A stretch of 63,989 nt of DNA, the filler included, from Aduncisulcus paluster (taxonomy: Eukaryota), in NCBI GenBank assembly GCA_024181965.1. It is 7 parts of 7 records of this genome, joined end to end, with 100 filler letters (N's around TTAATTAATTAA, not from the genome) between each part and the next. Parts side by side here need not be neighbours in the genome. Positions count along the whole stretch, not along the records: positions 33,301 to 56,428 come from BQXS01000008.1; positions 56,529 to 61,328 come from BQXS01000011.1; positions 61,429 to 63,989 come from BQXS01000049.1; 4 more parts are not named here. One strand, given 5' to 3'. Position numbers and translations under genes: made by a program. A model generated the notes under the pieces. It was not told where the DNA came from and did no database searches. It was given only the letters and a program-made list of their open reading frames with translations. Below, one piece after another: positions 55,784-63,989 of the stretch. The first letter of the stretch is position 1. The number at the start of each line of letters is the position of its first letter.

Positions 55784-56428
55784 ATAAATCCACAATCGAT
55801 TTTATAATCACAATTTCATGAGTTCTTTTCCCAATCCACGGCTCTTTAATGCAGGAAACTATGTCACAATGATCAATTGTCTCAATCTCAATCAATATTG
55901 CAGTAATATCGCAATTAATAAAATTAATAGAATCAATAATATGTTTTTATACTCGATAATCCCGTCCATATATCCTCCAACTCGTCCAGAATTCACATAG
56001 AAACACAATTTCGTCAACATAACAAAAAGATGTGTTATAGATCGTCTTCAGGTTCGAGAACAAGCAAGAATGACAGTATAACCCCTTCAAATCCCCATTC
56101 TTGGCCACGTCTGTTCATGTGGATATCTCCCATATCATTTTAACACCATTTTTGTCGTCTGGTTGATTTCACCCTCACAGATCATCAATTTTCTATCCGA
56201 CGATGTATGGGCTTGATTCGGTGTTCATTGTCCATTTATAACTTAAAAAAGAGCATCAATATTTCCATCCAAAAAAATTGATTTCTTGTGATGTGTGGTT
56301 GTGGACTGTTGTTCATGTTCATCTGAACCCAAAATAGACATCGCGACAAAACAATGACATATCTTTCTTTTTCTGAACATCGCCGTATCCTAAATAATAA
56401 TGACCGTTACTACCATCAAAACTCTCCC
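55784..56428. repeat. Right arm of the 645-bp inverted repeat (partner 33383-34027)
   Basis: Reverse complement of the left arm; runs to the last base of the contig. Confidence 0.97.
56400..56428 (+). CDS. TRX: Start of the second thioredoxin copy (MTVTTIKTLP…), cut by the contig end
   Basis: Identical to the first 29 nt of the thioredoxin CDS at 33411 on the minus strand. Confidence 0.8.
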
Positions 56429-56530
56429 NNNNNNNNNNNNNNNNNNNNNNNNNNNNNNNNNNNNNNNNNNNNTTAATTAATTAANNNNNNNNNNNNNNNN
56501 NNNNNNNNNNNNNNNNNNNNNNNNNNNNCT

Positions 56531-56986
56531 GTCATAATTCTGGACGACAACAAACATGTGATCAGTGCCAGTCTCGATGGATGTGTTCTCGTTTGGGATA
56601 TTGAGAAGAAACGGAGAGTCTCCCGTTTAGTTCTTGGAAGAGTCGGGTGTGAAGCATGCACTGTATGTAAGGATGGTGATAGTTTGTATACTCTGGGAAC
56701 TCATGGAGTTATTCAGAGATTTAGTATTAGCAGAGAGATGGAGAGTGGGCAGAGTGAAGGGATAGCCTCGTCAATCCTTTGTATGTCTCCTGATGATTCA
56801 ATGCTCGTAAGCAGCGACAAGGACTGTGATATAACCCAATGGGAAACAAAGAGAAGGGGAGGGGCTATCCTCACGAAAAAGCTTCCTGCTCATTCAACTC
56901 AAATTAAATGCGCTTGCTGGAGTGATGATAGCGCCATTTTACTGACAGCTGGTGTTGATGGAAGCGTCATGATTTGGGAAAAGTGA
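56531..56986 (+). CDS. WD40-repeat protein, C-terminal part (CFAP52/WDR16-like spacing)
   Basis: VISASLDGCVLVWD, LVSSDKDCDITQWE, AHSTQIKCACWSDDSAILLTAGVDGSVMIWE; frame open to the contig start. Confidence 0.85.
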   Translation, partial: VIILDDNKHVISASLDGCVLVWDIEKKRRVSRLVLGRVGCEACTVCKDGDSLYTLGTHGVIQRFSISREMESGQSEGIASSILCMSPDDSMLVSSDKDCDITQWETKRRGGAILTKKLPAHSTQIKCACWSDDSAILLTAGVDGSVMIWEK

Positions 56987-57170
56987 GATCTCGCCTCTTC
57001 TCTTGATAAATAAAATTTCAACATTATCATTTTAAAAAAATATTATTAAATTCATTTGAATATTCTCGGAATAGTATTTATTTTGAGTTTTGTCGACTCC
57101 TCACATTTTGTTGGCTCGAAATGGTGATTTTGATCGGAATTTCAATATATTAATTCATTAATTTTATATT

Positions 57171-60100
57171 ATGGACTCTGAAGATGGATTAGCTTCATAT
57201 TTCATTGACCAAGAAACGATTCTTAAACTCCTTGATAGGGTGGAAAAGGTATACAAAACCAAAATTGAAATGTTTCAAGAAAATATTCGAACAAACCGTA
57301 AAAAACTTAAAGATAATGAGATTGCAAATAAGTCAGAATTGGTAAAGATTCAAAATGTTCTATCAAAGGATCGGGGCACACTCGCCCTCATCAAGGAAGC
57401 AATTGCTGACGCAGAGTATGAATTAGGGGAGATTGCTGACGATGATCCAGAGAAAGAAGCATATCGAAAAGTTGTTCAAGAAAAGAAAAAAGAGTTTAAT
57501 CGTCAACAAGAGAAAATCCGTCTCTTGTATTTGAAACAAAATCAAATTTTCTCCAAGATGAAGAAAGTCGATCATGAACGAATGCAACGGGTAGATAGAT
57601 ATTCCAAAGTGTTTAAGAATGTCGAAAAGCTGAAACTATTCGTGAAATTAAAATGTAGTCACAAAATCACTCCCGAATCCCTCACCACTCATCAAGATTT
57701 GGTCTTTATCCTTGATGGAACCTATAGTATGGATACATATATTCAATCGTGTAAAAGGATTCTGACAGATCTCATCTCCCGTCTTGAAGGGTGTTTTCCA
57801 GGCATTATGCTGAGGATAGCCATTGTTGTCTACCGTGACACTGATTGTGACGTCCATAGAGCCACAAAACGTGTTGAATTCTTCGATTTCACCAATGACA
57901 TCTCCAAAGTTTCAGAAACTATTGATAAAATTAGAGCTCAAGGAGGTGGAGACTGGGCAGAGGATGTTGCCATTGGTTTGGATACTGTTCTTACAAAGTT
58001 ATCGTGGAAACCATCCCAGGCCCGCAATGTAGTTTGTCGCAATGCATTCCTTGTGTGTGATGCAGCTTGTCACGGTAAACAGTTTCATGACAAGGGCCGT
58101 TCTTTTGATGACCAGTTCGATATCACTGGTCCCGACAGGGATGGACGCAATGTCCTTGACCTTGTTCGTTGTTTTGCCCGTCGTGGGATCACACTCACCA
58201 TCCTTGGCATGAATAGAGGATGTGATTTGATGACAAAGGTATTTGCTGAAGCTTACGACGATGAATTGAGACTCTCGGACAAGAAATCTCCAATATTCTA
58301 TCAACAACAACAAGAACCACTCTCAGATCCACCCGCGACTTCTATTGCTGTTACTCGGGCCAAGAAACTCCCTATTGCGACAAAATACTATAGGCAGCCT
58401 CCATTTTACCAGGATCATCCCAACAGGCACCTGTTGTGTGAACGCCTTGTTGTCGGAGATAACAATTATGAGGAGAAACCTGGTGCTCTGGATGCGATGT
58501 TCTTGCAAACGATCACACAGGCTGTTCATCGAACCATTACTCGAACTCAGAACATTGTGCACAAGGATATTACTGGTTCAGGAAGTTATTCGAAGATTAA
58601 AGTCCATCCCAAAGTCCAACGAAAGCTTCGTCGAGATCCTGAATCCCTTACTGAAGCTGAGATATCTGAGATTATGTCGTCCTTGAGTCCCACAGACTTG
58701 GATCATGTCTCTAGACAATCTCAAGGGCTTGCAGATGGTATTATTGAAAGGTGTCATCTCAATCCAGAGAAATACCAGCTCGATGAGATGGTAGATTATG
58801 CTCCCTCATTATTTTATCAGCATTTAAGTGCCAAGATTGACCATAACACGTTGGAGATTGCCTTAATCAAGGATAATTTATCCAAAGCCAAGAGTCATGC
58901 TCACTCTTACGCTGAGCATCGAGACCTAGATCAATGGACCCAAGAGATACCAGTCACATCCGTTAGATATCTATTACCATATGACTCAAGGAGTTCGCCA
59001 CAAGACAGAATATCCACATTGATGGGACAGGTCTCTCTGGGAATGTTTATTGAGAAGGAAGGGAACAAGTTTTGTATTTGTGAGGAAAAGAGACTCAAGA
59101 TCGAACGAGTTCCGTTTGCACATGGACAATGCAGGCTTGTATATCGTGGATATCTTAAAACAAAGATCTCTGACCCATCTAAAATCGAAGGTGAGAAAGA
59201 TAACTGGTCCTCGGCGGAAAAAGTTGTTGTAAAAATACCCATACGGCCAGAATTAAGACAATCACATGTTCCTCTCATCCAAGAAGTGGTTATTCAAACG
59301 TTGTGTGGGACATTTGCGCAGATGTACAATGATGTTATGGTGGATATCCCTAACCATAAATCCATATCATTCCTTCCTGAATCATTATTAGTAACGAATT
59401 GTCCATCTGTTCCATTCATGCTTGTCGAGCCAGTTATGGATGAAGAAACAATACAAAAAATCATAAAAAGAGAAGAAGGTGAACTATTACATTCAGAAAA
59501 AATTGAATTGGAAAAGAAAAAGAAAGAGAAAGAAGAGGAAGAAAAAAGAAAAAATGAAAGGAAGAAGAAGAATGAAGCCAAAAAACATATATTTCAATTT
59601 AAAGAGAAAGAAGAAGAGAAAGAAGAAGATGAAGAATACTCTTCCTCCTCTTCCTCCTCTTCCTCCTCTTCCTCCTCTTCCTCTTCTCTCGATGAATCTT
59701 ACCAAAGGAGAAGATATTACTATATAAAGCCAAAGGTTGCTGTTGAGACGAAATATGGGCAGTTCACTAAATATATGAGTAACATTGGAGGAGCTTTCCA
59801 AAGAGAGGGTGTATATCATGCGACTCCTTGGGCCTTTGCTCATTTCTCATATCATTTCTCTGATTGTTCCCTTCTTATTTGTGATCTTCAGGGCTGGGGG
59901 TTTAAGAATTCATTTATTTTTACTGATCCTTGCATTCACACAAAAGGTCATATTTTAAATGAAGTTGAGACCAATTTCCACGAGAGCGGAATGGCTGTGT
60001 GGTTTAAATCACATCGTTGTAATTCAATCTGTCAAATATTAGAGCTTATCGACTTCGACGGAGTTCCCGCAACTGATATGACGGGTATTAAAGCAACTAT

Positions 60101-60419
60101 TCAACTATCGGCGATGTCTTATAAGCCCAAAATAACAATATTCCCTTGTATTCGGTGTCACAAGAAATTTTCTCAAAATAAGTTGAGGAAACTTTATGGG
60201 ATTGGAAGATGTTGCATGCAATGTGACTCGTATTTCCAGAAAGAAGTTGATCAAGTGTGTGTTTCATGCGATCGTGGGTTTAGTCAGAAGATCAACATGA
60301 GGAAATTTAGAAAAGAGGATACTTCTCTTTGTGAGACTTGTTATGGCAAGAAGAAGAGAGAGGAAGAGCGTGCCATTGCTCTTCGGTCAGTGTCTAAGAG
60401 AGATTCGAAAACAAAATAA
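57171..60419 (+). CDS. vWA-domain alpha-kinase (VwkA-like; eEF2K/MHCK family) with N-terminal coiled coil and C-terminal Cys-rich tail
   Basis: DLVFILDGTYSM, YRD and GGGDWAEDV (vWA); PFAHGQCRLVY, VVVK, FTKYMSN, AFAHFSY, LLICDLQG, FTDPCIHT and HRCNSIC (alpha-kinase); four CxxC pairs at the end. Confidence 0.93.
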   Translation: MDSEDGLASYFIDQETILKLLDRVEKVYKTKIEMFQENIRTNRKKLKDNEIANKSELVKIQNVLSKDRGTLALIKEAIADAEYELGEIADDDPEKEAYRKVVQEKKKEFNRQQEKIRLLYLKQNQIFSKMKKVDHERMQRVDRYSKVFKNVEKLKLFVKLKCSHKITPESLTTHQDLVFILDGTYSMDTYIQSCKRILTDLISRLEGCFPGIMLRIAIVVYRDTDCDVHRATKRVEFFDFTNDISKVSETIDKIRAQGGGDWAEDVAIGLDTVLTKLSWKPSQARNVVCRNAFLVCDAACHGKQFHDKGRSFDDQFDITGPDRDGRNVLDLVRCFARRGITLTILGMNRGCDLMTKVFAEAYDDELRLSDKKSPIFYQQQQEPLSDPPATSIAVTRAKKLPIATKYYRQPPFYQDHPNRHLLCERLVVGDNNYEEKPGALDAMFLQTITQAVHRTITRTQNIVHKDITGSGSYSKIKVHPKVQRKLRRDPESLTEAEISEIMSSLSPTDLDHVSRQSQGLADGIIERCHLNPEKYQLDEMVDYAPSLFYQHLSAKIDHNTLEIALIKDNLSKAKSHAHSYAEHRDLDQWTQEIPVTSVRYLLPYDSRSSPQDRISTLMGQVSLGMFIEKEGNKFCICEEKRLKIERVPFAHGQCRLVYRGYLKTKISDPSKIEGEKDNWSSAEKVVVKIPIRPELRQSHVPLIQEVVIQTLCGTFAQMYNDVMVDIPNHKSISFLPESLLVTNCPSVPFMLVEPVMDEETIQKIIKREEGELLHSEKIELEKKKKEKEEEEKRKNERKKKNEAKKHIFQFKEKEEEKEEDEEYSSSSSSSSSSSSSSSSLDESYQRRRYYYIKPKVAVETKYGQFTKYMSNIGGAFQREGVYHATPWAFAHFSYHFSDCSLLICDLQGWGFKNSFIFTDPCIHTKGHILNEVETNFHESGMAVWFKSHRCNSICQILELIDFDGVPATDMTGIKATIQLSAMSYKPKITIFPCIRCHKKFSQNKLRKLYGIGRCCMQCDSYFQKEVDQVCVSCDRGFSQKINMRKFRKEDTSLCETCYGKKKREEERAIALRSVSKRDSKTK

Positions 60420-60640
60420 ACAAAATATAAAATTATCTGTTCAACAGATGTCATAAATATGGAATTGAATAAAATAATATTAGTAATATAAATATTAACT
60501 TAATGATCGTCAATCATTGAGGATAATTATAGATGAGAGCTCTCATCTGAGAGACTTTCAAGATGATAATTTGGAAGTCCGCCTTCCAAAAAACATACCA
60601 AGAACTCGATGTAATTAATTCTGTTTTGTAATCTTTAGCA

Positions 60641-61328
60641 TTATTCTTCAGAGGAAGTCCTCCTTTTTCCATACGACTTTCCATATGATATGGTTCCACG
60701 AGATGTCAGATCCTGACCGAAATAATAGCATGTTTTCTCAAGTTTTGTCACGATATCATCTTTGGAATGTTCCCATGGCAGAAGGGATAACAGTTCACTC
60801 ACAACGGTTTCTTTTGGCACAGTAAATACAAGGGAATTGATACAGAAACATCGACTTTTCTTCTCATACCAGGTTCCTTTTCCTTCAATCTCACACAATA
60901 CAACGTTATCCAAATCAATAGGAAGGAAGTGCCATTCATAGTCATTTTCAGGTTTTGTGAATTCATACTTCTTGCATGTCTTCTTACCATCACAATCAGT
61001 GAAAGTGAAGAGAAGAGAGGGTGAACTATCATACTCATCCACACAGATATAAGCACCTTTCATTGGACTAGGTGATGGGAAAGGGATGGAAAGATGGGAT
61101 AATGTCACTTCTCCTTCACCTTTCAACATTCTTTGAGCTTCTTCACTTTGGTCATACTCCTCAGATTCCTTACAATACCAATAATTCTTTCCCTTGACCA
61201 TCTCAAAAGAAGGATTATTAACGGCTGCATTACCACGTGGAATGGGGATGGCAGATGGATCGCCAGAATTCACAAACTCTGATTTAATGGCGGGCTACAT
61301 ATCATTTTTGAAAAAGAGAGATATAATG
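60641..61328 (-). CDS. 5'-partial member of a lineage-specific expanded family (unnamed beta-rich domain)
   Basis: AIPIPR…AQRMLKGEG..LSHLSIPFPSPSPMKGAYICV…LLFTFTD.DGKK..KKYEF…EWHFLPIDL.NVVLCEIEGKG; related copies elsewhere in this window. Confidence 0.8.
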
Positions 61329-61428
61329 NNNNNNNNNNNNNNNNNNNNNNNNNNNNNNNNNNNNNNNNNNNNTTAATTAATTAANNNNNNNNNNNNNNNN
61401 NNNNNNNNNNNNNNNNNNNNNNNNNNNN

Positions 61429-62887
61429 CACACAGCTCTGGCGGTTGTCCAGACACACGAGCAGAGACACATGACAGCTCACGTTGCAGAGATCGAATGT
61501 CACGGGAAAGAATCAATCGTTTCGTCTCAGACGTTTGTTGATGCATCGACAGTTCCCTTGACAAAGAGTCCATCTGGGCTTGTTTCAACTCAAGCTGCTT
61601 CTCAAACTCTTCGTTCTCTTGAATTCGAAGTGTCTTCTCGGCCTCAAGCTCAGCCTTTGTGTGCGATAATTCTTTCTTTGTTGCATCAAGATCATCTCTC
61701 AAAGCACTCAGAGTCTGTTTGGTGGAAGAGATGAAATCACTCAACAATTCATTGATCTCAACTCGTCGCTCTTCTTTCACTTCTGCAGCTCGTCTGGCTT
61801 CACCTTCAACACGAAGTTTCTCAATCTTGAAACGTTTCTCTTCAGCTTTCAGCTTCTCCATTTCCTTATCGATAACAAATTGAATGGCATGTAGTTGTAC
61901 TTTTGGTTGTTTCTCATCTCCATCTGGAGAGAGGACTTCAAGATAACATGCTTTAATTGGAACAGATATTTCAACAATGAACTTTTGCCAGAAGTAATCA
62001 TCTGGAGGAATCGATAAATCTCTTACAAATTCTTTAACATACAACTTTTCATCAACAGAAGTAAAATGCATTATGAACCTCTTTATCCCACTTGGAATAT
62101 TCTGGCTACTTATATAGAAATGACTGATAATATGGGGTTCTTTAAAAGGAATACATAAATTAGCATCGCCCTGATCAGGAGTTAATGACAAACTTGTCTT
62201 GCCCTGAAAGAACTTCACTAATTTGCTCTGGCTATACCCTTTTGTTGATTCAACTCGAGAGGTGTCAATATCACAAAGGGGATAATCATCAAGAAAGGGT
62301 ACAAAATACTTTTCTGAGGGATCACAAATGAAAGACTCAAAAGGAAATATGTATTTGTTTGAAGAATCAAGTGAAGGTAACATGTGCTCTTTCATAACAC
62401 ACTTCTCAGCTATTTGTAAGAACATTTCCTCAACACCTTCTCCAGTTTTTGCACTTGTCTCGAAATACAAAATGTTATTTTCAGTTGCAAATTCCTCAGC
62501 AGTCGATTTATCAACTTTTCGAGATTCAACAAGATCTATTTTGTTTCCAACAAATACTACGATTGAATTTTTCATTGCCTCCTTCATAACAAACTCAAAT
62601 ACTTCCTTTGAGCGTTCAAAAGATTCTGTCAAATCAAACACAATAATTACAACCGAAGCATCCCTAAAATACATAGGAGTCAACATTAAAAAGCTCTCCT
62701 GACCAGAAGTATCCCAAATTTCAAATTTTGCAGGACGACCGTGAATATTCACCGTTTTTGACCAAAAAACCGCGCCCATAGTTGACAATATTTCTGCAGG
62801 ATAGTCATTCTTGATATACCGTTGAATCAAACATGTTTTGCCCCCACCAGACCCTCCAATAAAAACTATTTTGTAATGGTCATCCAT
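61429..62887 (-). CDS. Rab5/22-like GTPase fused to a beta-rich domain and a coiled coil (3'-partial, >486 aa)
   Basis: GGSGGGKT, STMGAVFWSKTV, KFEIWDTSGQE, LTPMYFR, GNKID and FETSAKTG, followed by >300 extra residues. Confidence 0.9.
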
Positions 62888-63989
62888 TTTTAATAGTTAA
62901 GAATTCTTTATAGCTTTAGATACAGCAAAAAGTGACAAACTCCTCTAACCCAGGCAAAGACATCTAATTAGGAGTAAATTCCCCCCTAAAAATATTATAT
63001 CTTAATATTATGTATTTATATTATTTTTGAAGTTTTATAAAATCCATTATTTAACGAAGACAAAACAGCCTGTTTACAGCTTGTATTTCAACTAATTTCT
63101 GTTCTACTGCTTTTCTGTCTTTTCGACAACCCTCTCGAATGTATTTTGCTGTTTTATGTAGATCTTTCTTCACAATTGGTTCAGGAACTTCCCGTAATAT
63201 TTCACTCGAGTCTAATGGTTGATATGGAGTCGGCAAAAACGAGGGATTCGACATTGATTAATTTTGATGTTGATAAAATTGATGCCAAATCCAAATCACT
63301 GTTTCTAAATTTCAAATTTATGCAAGGTAAGAGTTGAACTGTGACCAAAATATAAAAATAAATTTGGATTTATGTAAATCCACAAAAATGTGCTCTAGCG
63401 GGGCTCACAGCGTCTTTTCCGAAGAACTGTGCCTTCTGTTCTGGTCTACTCTCCAAACCAGACTATCGCCAAGTGACACCAGAAGAATGGATATCAGGAG
63501 AGAGGACAATGCCGAGAGAAGAGGTGGCAAGTCTAGTATCTGATAATACCCTGACCCGTAATCTTTTTGGTTTAGACTTCCTTCACATGGAGGTAAAGGG
63601 TGTCGGCAAATATTATCTCGATCTCTCATTATTTTTTTTAAGGACATCGAGAGGAGGAGTTGCAGTGGCCACTGATATTCTTAATCAGCGGTTAAAACAG
63701 TTCAGTTTACCAGCGATACACGATTCCTCATGTAGCAACTGGGAGGGATATCATCATATATGGATTACCCACCTATCGAATCTCATCCTCGGAGATCTAG
63801 TCAGAGAACCTCTTGTCCTCCTAATGTGGGAGGAGAGACAACTTTATATGTCCCATTTAAGTTCTGTCAGTTTATCCAATGCTTCGATTGTACAGGAGTA
63901 CATCAAGAGAAGCAGACGGTCCTACATCTCTCTCCATAAGCTGATGGTAACTGAATTAAGGCAGGAAGTTCAAAGGAGACGTTTAGGAA

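Noticed and set aside
33301..56428. Reading the whole contig as a giant TIR element (Polinton/Maverick or virophage)
   Set aside because: The interior holds ordinary host genes (CFAP58, AP-1 gamma) and no pPolB, capsid, packaging ATPase or integrase; the arms run off the contig into thioredoxin, so they are not element termini.
8374..61428. Recurrent TTAATTAATTAA palindrome inside N runs
   Set aside because: Artificial six-frame-stop spacer; neighbours across spacers are not genomic neighbours, so no cross-contig gene cluster was inferred.
63051..63989. Short ORFs at the window end as a retroelement
   Set aside because: No diagnostic RT, endonuclease or integrase motif visible.

Overview
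Eukaryotic, AT-rich, intron-poor DNA that uses the standard genetic code. It is not one locus: seven contigs (1-8373, 8474-22079, 22180-27750, 27851-33200, 33301-56428, 56529-61328, 61429-63989) are joined by artificial 100-bp N44-TTAATTAATTAA-N44 spacers, and four 20-N scaffold gaps are flanked by duplicated sequence. Gene content (beta-tubulin, flagellar CFAP58, AP-1 gamma, ATP9 flippase, SMC6, vWA-alpha-kinase) and a lineage-specific expanded domain point to a flagellated protist, probably a Carpediemonas-like fornicate such as Aduncisulcus (inference from recalled family resemblance, not searched). Contig 1 is a transposon graveyard: hAT copies, Ty3/Gypsy pieces including a chromodomain, a tRNA-like unit and an LTR-like unit. 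Main observations missing from the ORF track: (i) the 23-kb contig is bracketed by a near-identical 645-bp inverted repeat whose outer end is the start of an outward-facing thioredoxin gene; (ii) a divergent Nup133-like nucleoporin, SMC6 and CFAP58 can be rebuilt once GTATGT..AG introns and gap duplications are removed; (iii) three members of one divergent hAT family, one with an intact ORF; (iv) an unnamed ~150-aa module appearing in a partial CDS, as a decayed copy and fused to a Rab5-like GTPase; (v) perfect in-frame tandem duplications inside a propeller-like gene. No CRISPR, rRNA or intact tRNA was seen, and no novel system is proven from sequence alone.
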